Source: a bacterium
GTDB lineage: Bacteria > SZUA-182 > DTGQ01 > JAFGSM01
Direction: 5' to 3'
DNA: 53,575 nucleotides
Assembly: GCA_049472335.1 (NCBI GenBank)
Contig: JBLIRO010000034.1
Coordinates: forward strand, 1 to 53,575
The notes under the pieces are model-generated. The model was not told the DNA's origin and ran no database searches. It saw nothing but the letters and a program-made list of their open reading frames with translations. Each line of letters opens with the position of its first letter. The first letter of the stretch is position 1. Positions 1 through 9,553 of the stretch are shown here, one piece after another. The position numbers and the translations under genes were made by a program.

Positions 1-294
1 TTCAATATATTTTAAAAGCTCAAATAATTTATTATTTTTATTAACGGTTTAATTAAAAAATATAAAGATCCTTCTTTCCTTTGGTTTCTTATAGAATTGT
101 GTAGTTAAAATTTTTATAAAAGGGGGGTGAGGCACAACGATTTTAATTATAAGTATATAAAGGTCTTTATCCTTAAAATTTATAAAAGATCTAAAAATCT
201 TCGTTGAATAGGGGGTGATTAAATATAAGTCTTCGAATTTTAAAAATTTGAAAACTTAATTCCTTTTTAACTCCTTTATTAAAGATTAAGGAGA

Positions 295-693
295 ATGGTT
301 ATGGATAATTTTAGATTTTTGAAGATATGGATAATTGCAATAGCCCTGGTAATCGGTTTAATCTTCACTTTTGGTTCTGTGACTCAGGCTCAGATTTTTC
401 CAACTTCTTATTATTACACGAATCCATTATATTACAGCGGCTATGGTTATTTTAACTCAATCAACGGTTACCTGTTGGGGTTTGCACCTTTCACACCATT
501 TTTGACACCAAATGTGGCTTATTCTTACAATGCATTCGGTATCCCAACATATCCGTATTTTGGGTCACCCTATCAGACGACGTTCCCTTACACAACTTTG
601 CCTGGTACTCCGATTCCATACGCAAGGTTTGATTATCCGACCTATGCATATGGTTCACCTGATTTCTATCTGAGCTGGGTGCTTTTGCAATAA
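295..693 (+). CDS. Small secreted Tyr/Pro/Phe/Gly-rich low-complexity protein
   Basis: SD AAGGAG directly upstream. Hydrophobic signal peptide ends TQA|Q. Mature part is almost free of charged residues and rich in Y/P/F/G/T. Confidence 0.75.
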   Translation: MVMDNFRFLKIWIIAIALVIGLIFTFGSVTQAQIFPTSYYYTNPLYYSGYGYFNSINGYLLGFAPFTPFLTPNVAYSYNAFGIPTYPYFGSPYQTTFPYTTLPGTPIPYARFDYPTYAYGSPDFYLSWVLLQ

Positions 694-769
694 GTTAGAT
701 ATTTTTACAATAATGCAATCAAAAAGTTTAAAACCATATAGACTATTTTGAAATGTGAGGTGCATAGAT

Positions 770-3070
770 ATGAAAAATACAATGAAAATCTTGATGGTTT
801 GCTTGATCGTAACTCTAACGTTTGTTACGGTAAGGTCAGCGGCCATAGCGCAGGTAGGGTTTGGTTTTCCGCCACTTTGGCAATTACCCACTTTGGGAAG
901 CCAACCGCTTCAAGTCCCAACATATGAAGACCCTTTTACTGGAAAGGGAGATATCCTCGTCGACAACTTCGAATATTGGGACAGCCCATACAATCATGGA
1001 TGGATGCAACAAGAGCCTCCCTATCCTGTCTATGGATTCGGTATTGGCTATGCCACAATTTTCAATACAGTTATGGATCTCCAGGAAGGGAGCAGGGTGC
1101 TGGATGTGTACCGTCCTAATTCCATTTTTATTGTCAGCACTCAGTATGAAAAGCACCGTATACTCCGCAGCCTTGTCACTCCGCCAACCTCTTCCAACCC
1201 CCAGGGTGAGGCCGGCATAAGCATTGAGAAGAATGCTGTCGTAAGTTTCGACTTCAGGGCTCCTCTTGGTATCGAGCCTTTTGACATCTTTGAATTCACC
1301 GTTATAGGTGAAACAGCAGGTGGAGATATCGTCAGCGTCCAAATTGTACCGTTGGAGCCTCCTGCCGGATCCGCGCTGGGACCGGTTAACAGCACTGCAG
1401 GCATGTTTGGCGCCGGGGCCGTTGTTACCGGCTTTGCTCAAGGACAGTTACAGGTCACTGTAATAATCGGGCGTGGCATGCTCGATGGTTCCTGGCATGC
1501 TGTATGGGTTGATTTGTATAAATCCGTAGAGGCAGCCGTGGAAGTCTTCAGCACCATTTCCGAAAACGATAAAGAAGATTGGTATATTGAAAGGGCCAAT
1601 GCAGTAATGATAGGCGGCCAGATGTTCCGTCTGGACAACCTCTTCTTCAGATCTGATTACGGCTATGCGCATATTGGAAGTCCGGACCTTTTTGAAATGG
1701 GTCCGCTATATGCTCAGATCTTCGAGCCTTACAGATATCTTTTCATTGCCGACTATGAGGTGCCGGAGGAAGAAATTAAAATCACCGATCTGATGCTTAA
1801 CCCGGCAAATTTTATACTAACACAAGACCCGAATGATCCTGACGATCCGGTCGTTAAATACTGGACCGATCTGGGCGCGGATCCCAATCGATTCGGAACA
1901 AATGATCCTAATATAGCTGAGATTTTTGGCAGGCAGTCATTTACGGTAGACCTGAGTCTGCCCATTTTTGCTGATCCTAACTTGCGGATGACAGCAGATG
2001 GACCGGGAAACGCTGCTGAAACTATCATTAACTCAGGCACCCTGGGCTGGAATTCCACAATAGGCGGATATGGCGCTAATGGAGTTCAGGCCTTTCTGCT
2101 GCAGCCATTGCCGGTTTATCCTTATGATGGAATGCCGACATATCTGCCGGCAAAATATGCCGCCATAGAGGCTGTCTTAGCCCTGGGTAAGCCATACTTT
2201 CAACCAGGGCTTATTTTCTTACTCGAAGGCGCTCTATGGAATTCGGGATTCACTGTATGGCCCAATATAGCTGCCCTCGATTTTACACCGCAGTATTTCG
2301 AGGACCTGATCGTGACCCTTGAGGTGACCAATGGGTCACATTCCGATATAAGGACATTCCCAATCAGTGTGGTCAATTATCCGGTGGAAAATTATCCGCC
2401 TGTGCTGCAGTTGAATATCGAAGATCAGATCTTCTATGTGGGTCAGCAGAACGGATATATTATAAATTTCATTGATCCCGACTGCTTTATCTTTTCACTT
2501 TCATCTGCACCGGCTACGACACATGTCCCGGGATTCCCCATTTCCGGGTCCTTCAGGACCGATATGGATGATTTGAACTGGGGTATGACAATTAATGGTA
2601 TGACGGCCTATCAGTACGGTCCGTGGATTGAGACAATCATTGATCCCTGCACAGGTTTGATCAGTTGGGTGCCTAAGTTCGAAGGCGCTTACAACGCTGT
2701 TGTTACCTGCGCTGATGCCCGTGGCGGTAATGCTTTCGGAGAGATCACCATTTTTGCCGTGAATCAGGGCACATGGTTGAACCACCCGCCAATCGTAAAG
2801 GGCAGGCCGACTCAACCGGTCGTCATTAAGGCCGGAGAAGAGTTTATGTTGAATTATCCGACCATAAATGTTGAAGATCCTGACGGTGACCAGCTATATG
2901 CATCCTGTAACATAGGTTCCTGCGGACGTGCGCCGGACGGCTCCTTTATTTGGAGGTTCCAGAGCAACTTCCCAGGCTCATACCTTGTAGAGATCGTATT
3001 CTTCGATATCAGAGGCGGATACGCGATTATGGAATTCTTCCTTGACGTGAAACCCTGGTGGACTTATTAA
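770..3070 (+). CDS. Large secreted acidic protein with C-terminal Ig/cadherin-like repeats (candidate surface-layer protein)
   Basis: ATG at 770 after GAGGTG, preferred over the ORF-track GTG at 755. Signal peptide ends AIA|Q. NxPP...DPD motifs typical of Ig/cadherin-like repeats. Followed by a strong terminator. Paralogous segments occur elsewhere in the window. Confidence 0.85.
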   Translation: MKNTMKILMVCLIVTLTFVTVRSAAIAQVGFGFPPLWQLPTLGSQPLQVPTYEDPFTGKGDILVDNFEYWDSPYNHGWMQQEPPYPVYGFGIGYATIFNTVMDLQEGSRVLDVYRPNSIFIVSTQYEKHRILRSLVTPPTSSNPQGEAGISIEKNAVVSFDFRAPLGIEPFDIFEFTVIGETAGGDIVSVQIVPLEPPAGSALGPVNSTAGMFGAGAVVTGFAQGQLQVTVIIGRGMLDGSWHAVWVDLYKSVEAAVEVFSTISENDKEDWYIERANAVMIGGQMFRLDNLFFRSDYGYAHIGSPDLFEMGPLYAQIFEPYRYLFIADYEVPEEEIKITDLMLNPANFILTQDPNDPDDPVVKYWTDLGADPNRFGTNDPNIAEIFGRQSFTVDLSLPIFADPNLRMTADGPGNAAETIINSGTLGWNSTIGGYGANGVQAFLLQPLPVYPYDGMPTYLPAKYAAIEAVLALGKPYFQPGLIFLLEGALWNSGFTVWPNIAALDFTPQYFEDLIVTLEVTNGSHSDIRTFPISVVNYPVENYPPVLQLNIEDQIFYVGQQNGYIINFIDPDCFIFSLSSAPATTHVPGFPISGSFRTDMDDLNWGMTINGMTAYQYGPWIETIIDPCTGLISWVPKFEGAYNAVVTCADARGGNAFGEITIFAVNQGTWLNHPPIVKGRPTQPVVIKAGEEFMLNYPTINVEDPDGDQLYASCNIGSCGRAPDGSFIWRFQSNFPGSYLVEIVFFDIRGGYAIMEFFLDVKPWWTY

Positions 3071-3093
3071 TACCCTAAATCTGGATATTAAGG

Positions 3094-3128
3094 AGAGGGC
3101 AGCGGCAAAACCGCTGCCCTCTTTTTTT
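3094..3128 (+). terminator. Intrinsic terminator
   Basis: AGAGGGCAGCGG-CAAAA-CCGCTGCCCTCT 12-bp stem followed by a T run, between convergent genes. Confidence 0.9.
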
Positions 3129-3207
3129 ATAAATAAAAAATCCGAAAAACGTCGCTAAGGGAATTACAAAAAATAAAAAGGAAATAATATGTTAAGAGAT
3201 TAAAGAT

Positions 3208-3906
3208 CTATAAGTTTTTAGAAAGGCTGTCTATCCTATCGATTATTACTTCCAGCACCTGTTGAATGCTCAGATTGGTGGTATCTATCACCATAGCATC
3301 AGCAGCTATTTGAAGCGGGGCAACCGCTCTGTGACTGTCAGTGTGATCACGGACCTTCATTGATTTAATTATTTCATCGAGACTTATATCCATCCCTTTT
3401 GCTTTCAATTCGTTATATCGCCTCAAACCCCTTGTTTCGACAGATGCGTCCAGATAAAATTTAAAATCAGCCTGTGGAAAGACGAAGGTGCCAATATCAC
3501 GGCCATCCATTATAACACCACCTGAATTTCCCATTTCTTGCTGTTTGCGGATCATTGCCCTCTTAACACCCGGCAAGGCCGATATCTGTGACGCGCCAGA
3601 TCCCATCTCCGGGGTCCTTATCAAATCAGTCACTTCATGACCATCAATGCATACCTTGACAGAATCATTTTTCATATGAATTTCAATGGGTTTTGATTCG
3701 GTTAGTTCTATCAGCGCCTTTTCATCTGACCAAAGAATCCCCATTTTGCTGGCCAGCAATGCCACAGCACGATACATTGCCCCTGTATCGATATATATTA
3801 AATCGTATCTGCGCGCAAGCGCCTTACCCAGAGTACTCTTTCCCGCTGCAGAAGGCCCGTCAATAGCAATAATCCATCTCTTATTTTTTTCCTTGGACTT
3901 TTTCAT
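3208..3906 (-). CDS. cmk: (d)CMP kinase
   Basis: IAIDGPSAAGKST P-loop, YIDTGAMYRA, DGRDIGT and RD..D..R..APL motifs. Confidence 0.96.
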   Translation of the reverse strand: MKKSKEKNKRWIIAIDGPSAAGKSTLGKALARRYDLIYIDTGAMYRAVALLASKMGILWSDEKALIELTESKPIEIHMKNDSVKVCIDGHEVTDLIRTPEMGSGASQISALPGVKRAMIRKQQEMGNSGGVIMDGRDIGTFVFPQADFKFYLDASVETRGLRRYNELKAKGMDISLDEIIKSMKVRDHTDSHRAVAPLQIAADAMVIDTTNLSIQQVLEVIIDRIDSLSKNL

Positions 3907-4046
3907 TTTTTATACAATAGAGATAATTTTGTAAAAAGTCAACTTTTGATGGATTCGTAAATGGTTTGATACATATAATTAAATTGGATATAATTAAAAC
4001 TACATATCCAAAGGCTGTTTTTTTCTAATAAGGCAAGGCAAAAATT

Positions 4047-5387
4047 ATGAACCCCTTTAAAAAAATTTTTCCGCCCTCTCAGGGTGAAATAATTAGATTC
4101 GAACGGGGAAGAGTTATTACTCCCTCTTATCCTATAATCCCATTCATCAGTGGTGACGGCATTGGGACCGATGTATGGAATGCGACGAAACGAGTACTGG
4201 ATGAGGCCGTTAAAAAGGCCTATGAAGGGGCAAGGAAGATAAACTGGTTTCAGATACATGCCGGTCTGTCGGCATTACAGGTATATGGCCGGGACATTGT
4301 TCTTCCCGATGAGACGATTGAGGCCATAAAGATGTTTAAGGTTGCCATAAAGGGACCTTTAACAACACCGGTGGGAGGGTACCCTTATGTATGCCTTGAA
4401 TGTGCTGAAGAACAGGGAGGACCTGATCTGAACAGGCCCTTGAACTGCCGGAAATGCGGTTCTTCTTTCGTTACAAAACGTTTTCGGTCGCTTAATGTGA
4501 CACTCAGGCAGGTCCTGGATCTATATGCCTGTGTTAGACCCGTCCGGTGGTATCCGGGAGTCCCTACCCCTGTTAAAAGTCCCCAAAAACTTAATATTGT
4601 AATTTTCCGGGAAAATACGGAAGATGTTTATGCGGGTATTGAATTTTCCTCCGGAAGCAAAGATGCCTCCCTTCTGATAAATTTCCTCAAGGAAAAGATG
4701 GGGAAAGAAATATTAGAGGAAAGCGGTATCGGTATAAAGTCCATAAGCCCTTCTAGAAGCAAGCGCCTGATAAGAAAGGCAATACTTTATGCCATACAGT
4801 ATAACCTTCCATCAGTAACCATGGTCCATAAAGGGAACATCATGAAATTTACCGAAGGGGCCTTCAGGGATTGGGGTTATGAACTTGCCCAAGAAGAGTT
4901 TGCGGACAATGTAATCCCGGAAGCCGCCTGCCCACAAGAAAGCTTCCCCGGAGATAAAATAGTGCTGAAGGACCGGATCGCGGATCAGATGTTTCAGCAG
5001 GTACTGCTCAGGCCGGAAGAGTATCATGTCATTGCCGCGCCCAATCTAAACGGAGACTACCTTTCAGATGCTTGTGCCGCTCAAGTCGGGGGATTAGGCC
5101 TGGCCCCGGGGGCCAACATGGCTGATGATCTCGCACTCTTTGAAGCAACCCATGGCACCGCGCCCAAATATACCGGACAAGACAAGGCCAATCCAGGCTC
5201 TCTCATACTTTCGGGCGTAATGATGCTTGAGTACCTCGGCTGGCAGGAAGCCGCGGACATGGTTAAAAAGGGGATGGAGCTGACAATAAGCCAGAAAAGG
5301 GTAACCTATGATCTGGAGCGCCAGATGTCAGGGGCTACATCTCTCAAGACCTCGGAGTTTGCGTCCGCGATATGTGAAAATTTGTAA
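4047..5387 (+). CDS. icd: Isocitrate dehydrogenase (E. coli-type homodimeric), with Cys4 insertion
   Basis: [53 protein letters not shown] and [11 protein letters not shown] motifs. Confidence 0.95.
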   Translation: MNPFKKIFPPSQGEIIRFERGRVITPSYPIIPFISGDGIGTDVWNATKRVLDEAVKKAYEGARKINWFQIHAGLSALQVYGRDIVLPDETIEAIKMFKVAIKGPLTTPVGGYPYVCLECAEEQGGPDLNRPLNCRKCGSSFVTKRFRSLNVTLRQVLDLYACVRPVRWYPGVPTPVKSPQKLNIVIFRENTEDVYAGIEFSSGSKDASLLINFLKEKMGKEILEESGIGIKSISPSRSKRLIRKAILYAIQYNLPSVTMVHKGNIMKFTEGAFRDWGYELAQEEFADNVIPEAACPQESFPGDKIVLKDRIADQMFQQVLLRPEEYHVIAAPNLNGDYLSDACAAQVGGLGLAPGANMADDLALFEATHGTAPKYTGQDKANPGSLILSGVMMLEYLGWQEAADMVKKGMELTISQKRVTYDLERQMSGATSLKTSEFASAICENL

Positions 5388-5393
5388 TAGATC

Positions 5394-8135
5394 CTAGGGC
5401 TGGCCCCTTAAGAAAACAGGCTCATGAACACCCAATTCTTTATATTTATCGAGAATATTCCTGTGGCAGGTCAGAATAATCAACTGCCTTCCATCAGCAA
5501 ACTCCTTTAAGGCTTTGATTGCCAAAGGATTTCTTTTGTCATCGAAATTTACCATAATATCATCCATAATGACCGGCATCGATTCCGACCGTTTCTCATA
5601 CTCCTTTATCAAGCCGAGCCTCATTGCCAGATATAGCTGTTCCTTTGTGCCCCTGCTCATCTCAATAACATTCTTGATATTTTTTTTACCATCCTTTATT
5701 TGCAGCTCGTTGTTATTTATAGGTTTAATAATCCCCGTATATCTTTTATTCGTAATAGTGGAAAAGATATCGCCTGCAGCTTTAATCACCTCAGGCTGAC
5801 GGGTATTTTCATACTTTGATATGGCCTTTTCAAGCATGATCAGTGCAATCCTGGATTTAACCCAATCCCTCGCATAATCCATTAGCTGTTGTTTTTTCAT
5901 TTCCAGCTCATTTTGCAAAAACAATAAATCCTCGCTGGAAGAAAGCTGTTCCAACCGGTTGCATAATTCACCTATGGAACGATTCTTTTTATCACGTTCA
6001 TTCTTCAGGGAATCTATACGGGCTGTTACTTCCTTCAATTCATAATTTATTGCCTCAGGGTCCGCTGATGAAAGCAATTCCACAAACCTTGCGTAATGGT
6101 CACCCGCTCCTGCTGCTGACTGAATGATTCTTTTTATCTCCTCTATTTTTTTGTTTAATTCACCATGCTTTATGTATGCCAGATACCTCTCTTTAAGATC
6201 TTCCTCTCCGGCTGCTCCAAAGGAAGAAACATATCTGCGTATATCTTCATCTTTTATTGCCTTCCTCTCCATCAATGTCTTAATCTTGGCTGTCAGCTCC
6301 TTTATACGGGCGGCAAGATGCTCTTTTTCTATCTTTTTTTCCTTTTCATCGTTGAATTGTTGAATGATGATCTCTGTATCTGTGTTTATGTCATGGCTCA
6401 ATCCGGATGTATCCAGAAAAGGGGTAATATCTTCATATAATTTCTTAACTTCATCTATAGTTCCTTGCATTTGTCCAATCCTTTTTTCAAGCTCGTTCAT
6501 CCTCAACATATCTGCCTGGACCGCTTTAACAGTATTAATGACCTCATATACACCATCAGGTGACACATTCTCATCAAGGTTCATATCCTTTCTTAAAAAG
6601 CAGGTCCATTCTTCATTCACATGATCAAGCTCAGACCTCGCCAGATCCAGTTCCTTTTCGTAATTCTTTTCCAACGGGTCCCTTATTTCCTCTTTAAATC
6701 TCCTTTTAGCCATTTCAAAAGAGAAAAACAAACCCAAAATCAAAACAAAACCGGAAATAATAAAAACAATCCATCGAGGATTAAATTGTAAAATAGATTG
6801 TCCAGCTATACCTGAAAGAATACCAATGAGACCTATAATGACAAAGGCATAAAAGGCAAATCTATAAGTTCTGCCTCCGTAAAAAGATTCCGATGCCTTC
6901 ACCGCCTTCATTTCTCTATGATGTTCAAGCTTGCTTTCAATTCGATCGATCCTTGATCTGACCTTCTCAAATCTATCTTTAAAAGACATAATCCTATCAT
7001 CCAGAATATGTGTGAACATAAAATCTTTAATCGATTCCTCCGACCACCCTCTACCCATGGTCCCAATCTCTGAACGAATCCTTTGGGACAGTTTTTCCTT
7101 TTCGTCCCGCGCTAGGCCGGACTCATTTAAAGCCGACCGGTATTTTTCACTCAATCTCTGTAGCGAGCCTATAGCAGCCTCCTGCCTGACAAGATCCTCA
7201 TTGTATGTTAAGTTGTCATTTTTCATCGTGATTGAATCAAGCTCAGCCTTGTATTCCTCATCGATCCTCTTTTCAATGTCCGACAGTTCCATCTTCATCT
7301 CTTTCAAAACCTCCAGGGTGTCCTGCGGGAGTGATTCATGGGCGCCCAATCGGGACAATTCGGATTCCGTATTTATAAGATCGAGGTAATGAGGATACAT
7401 CTTATGTCTATTCTCCAGAGAGCCCTGCTCTGCCGTAAGCTCATGAATCTGTTCATCTATTTGACCGATCCGGGATAACAATGCGCTCCGCTCCCTGGAA
7501 AGGCTATCGTAATAGGAGAGCCCCTTCTGTATCTCATGTATCTGTTTTTCCAGTTTCCTGATCTCATTAAAAATAACTGGGGCTTTCTGCGCAGACCCGC
7601 GAGGTTTATAGATAGCTTCCGCATACGATTTGAATTCGCTCTTTATGTCGCTTAAGGAAATGCTCCCCAGCCCAAGCCCGGCGCCATAAATAAAGCCTTT
7701 CACCTCATCTTCCTGGAGAGAGCGGACGGCCTGGATTTCATCCAGGCTGACGGCATAGACGTTTTCATAAAAGGTCCTTGTGACATGACCCAATAAATTA
7801 TTTAGCTCATCCTGTCCGTCTAACCTGATGGTATCCAGCATCAAGGTTAACCTGCCCCCATATGGTCCGGAATATCTGGCGATATTCAGTTGTTTACCGC
7901 TATCCAGCGTACAGATCAATCTGCCTCCATAGCTGCCTCCTTGAAGCGGCGGGTACGGATTTATATTTAAGGAGCTTCTGGGAAACCCGAATAATATGCG
8001 TCGGATAAACTCAAGCAGGGTGCTTTTACCGAATTCATTCTCACCAAAGATAATATTTATCCCTTCTTGTAATCCCTTAATATGCTTATTGGCAAAGATA
8101 CCGAATCCTTCAACATATATCTCATTAATCTGCAT
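5394..8135 (-). CDS. YhaN-like SMC/Rad50-type AAA ATPase with long coiled coil and two TM helices
   Basis: GENEFGKST Walker A, MSRGTKEQLYLAMR signature, VIMDDIMVNFD Walker B, LTCH. Abuts the upstream nuclease gene. Confidence 0.88.
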   Translation of the reverse strand: MQINEIYVEGFGIFANKHIKGLQEGINIIFGENEFGKSTLLEFIRRILFGFPRSSLNINPYPPLQGGSYGGRLICTLDSGKQLNIARYSGPYGGRLTLMLDTIRLDGQDELNNLLGHVTRTFYENVYAVSLDEIQAVRSLQEDEVKGFIYGAGLGLGSISLSDIKSEFKSYAEAIYKPRGSAQKAPVIFNEIRKLEKQIHEIQKGLSYYDSLSRERSALLSRIGQIDEQIHELTAEQGSLENRHKMYPHYLDLINTESELSRLGAHESLPQDTLEVLKEMKMELSDIEKRIDEEYKAELDSITMKNDNLTYNEDLVRQEAAIGSLQRLSEKYRSALNESGLARDEKEKLSQRIRSEIGTMGRGWSEESIKDFMFTHILDDRIMSFKDRFEKVRSRIDRIESKLEHHREMKAVKASESFYGGRTYRFAFYAFVIIGLIGILSGIAGQSILQFNPRWIVFIISGFVLILGLFFSFEMAKRRFKEEIRDPLEKNYEKELDLARSELDHVNEEWTCFLRKDMNLDENVSPDGVYEVINTVKAVQADMLRMNELEKRIGQMQGTIDEVKKLYEDITPFLDTSGLSHDINTDTEIIIQQFNDEKEKKIEKEHLAARIKELTAKIKTLMERKAIKDEDIRRYVSSFGAAGEEDLKERYLAYIKHGELNKKIEEIKRIIQSAAGAGDHYARFVELLSSADPEAINYELKEVTARIDSLKNERDKKNRSIGELCNRLEQLSSSEDLLFLQNELEMKKQQLMDYARDWVKSRIALIMLEKAISKYENTRQPEVIKAAGDIFSTITNKRYTGIIKPINNNELQIKDGKKNIKNVIEMSRGTKEQLYLAMRLGLIKEYEKRSESMPVIMDDIMVNFDDKRNPLAIKALKEFADGRQLIILTCHRNILDKYKELGVHEPVFLRGQP

Positions 8136-9401
8136 TCAATCTTCCTTTATAATGCTGTCCAGGGTCCAATTTCTGGCTTCCTCAAGGAGTTTCAACAATT
8201 CTCCCGGAGATAATTCCTCAAGATATCTTCCACCCTGCCATTCTGAGAATAATGGTTGTTGAGCCTTGAGGATATCATCCCAATGTTTGCTGCCGGCCTC
8301 TGCCAACTCATCATACAGACATATCAAATCAGAAAGAAAATTCTCTCCGTCTCTAAGCGTTCCGATATCATATGTCCCTGCCGTTTTAAGGATGATCTTT
8401 TCAAGCCATATCCATGGTTCTCTTCCGTCTAAACACTCCCGGACCTGTTCCAGAAGATCACTGATATTCCCTCCCCTTTGCAGCTCTTGGTGCAGGTCTG
8501 TTCTTCCTTCGAGCGACAAACGGATTATGGCATGTCTTCCATCCATTTCCTGCAGCGTATTTTCACATCTTTCTTTAATGGAATTTATAAGCGCATCCAG
8601 GGAATACAGGCCGGAGATGTCCAGACTTTCTGACTGGTAACGAAAGATATCGGTCGGGATAAACTCGATATCGCATTCACCTCCTTGGTACAAGGTTACA
8701 AGGCAACAACCCTTGGCGCCGGATTCAGTCGAGTTTATTGCCTGGGGATTCCCGGGATATACAATTGCGGGGTCCTTTTCTTTCAAAATGACATGCTTAT
8801 GAACGTGGCCCAAGGCCCAATAATCCATTGCAGTTGAGGAAAGGTCCTCTATGGAAGCCGGGGCATAGGGTTTATGTCCGGTATTTTTTCCAACATTCGA
8901 ATGCAACAGCCCAATAGCAGGCACATTATCCTTATGATATTCAAAACGTAAAGCAAGATTTTCATAAACATCCCTTATAGGAAAACTTATTCCAAAGATA
9001 TTGGCGATAATCCTGCCTTCTCTTACCAGAGGGAAACACTCTACCTTATCCCCCCCAAAGATGGTGGCTTTATCCGGCCGGATCAAGGAGGCAGACCAGC
9101 TATCAAGAGGATCATGATTGCCGTAAACGATAAAGCTCGGAATCCGGGCATCCGATAGCCGCTTTAATTCATTACGGAACTTAATCTGGGCGTGAAGACT
9201 TTTATCAGCGCTATTGTATATATCGCCGGATATCAAAACACAGTCCACCGATTCCTTAATGGCCCGCTCAACTATCCGATTGAAGGAGAGATATGTGGAT
9301 TGACAGATTATTTCTTTCAGGTCGGGATGGACCTCTGAAAGCCCCTTAAACGGAGAATCAATGTGAAGATCAGCGCAATGTATAAACTGGATCGGTCTCA
9401 T
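8136..9401 (-). CDS. YhaO/SbcD/Mre11-like metallophosphoesterase (DNA repair exonuclease)
   Basis: DLHID, SGD, GNHD and ALGHVH motifs, plus YPGNPQ. Confidence 0.9.
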   Translation of the reverse strand: MRPIQFIHCADLHIDSPFKGLSEVHPDLKEIICQSTYLSFNRIVERAIKESVDCVLISGDIYNSADKSLHAQIKFRNELKRLSDARIPSFIVYGNHDPLDSWSASLIRPDKATIFGGDKVECFPLVREGRIIANIFGISFPIRDVYENLALRFEYHKDNVPAIGLLHSNVGKNTGHKPYAPASIEDLSSTAMDYWALGHVHKHVILKEKDPAIVYPGNPQAINSTESGAKGCCLVTLYQGGECDIEFIPTDIFRYQSESLDISGLYSLDALINSIKERCENTLQEMDGRHAIIRLSLEGRTDLHQELQRGGNISDLLEQVRECLDGREPWIWLEKIILKTAGTYDIGTLRDGENFLSDLICLYDELAEAGSKHWDDILKAQQPLFSEWQGGRYLEELSPGELLKLLEEARNWTLDSIIKED

Positions 9402-9421
9402 TATATTTATTGATTGAACTC

Positions 9422-9553
9422 AGACCTTTTGATGCTTAATATTTAGTTTAATGAAACAAAATCATATTAAAATTAAATTTGGTTATTTAGATCTTTTAAT
9501 GCTTAACATATAGTTTAATGAAACAAAATCATATTAAAATTAAATTTGGTTAT
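9422..9553. repeat. Tandem duplication, 67-bp period, two copies
   Basis: Copies at 9422-9486 and 9489-9553. The 43-bp core TAGTTTAATGAAACAAAATCATATTAAAATTAAATTTGGTTAT is identical in both. Confidence 0.9.

Noticed and set aside
755..769. GTG start at 755 for the large secreted protein
   Set aside because: The GAGGTG SD overlaps it and is positioned for ATG 770, which gives a canonical signal peptide.
655..2815. Overlapping or antisense ORFs here and throughout the ORF track (e.g. 884-1441, 3939-4259, 6931-7389, 20421-20885, 38388-38864, 51503-51769)
   Set aside because: They are shadows of longer motif-bearing genes, with no recognisable motifs of their own.
5394..9401. Nuclease + ATPase pair as a novel anti-phage system
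   Set aside because: It matches the widespread YhaO/YhaN (SbcD/SbcC-like) pair in a housekeeping context, with no defence-island neighbours.
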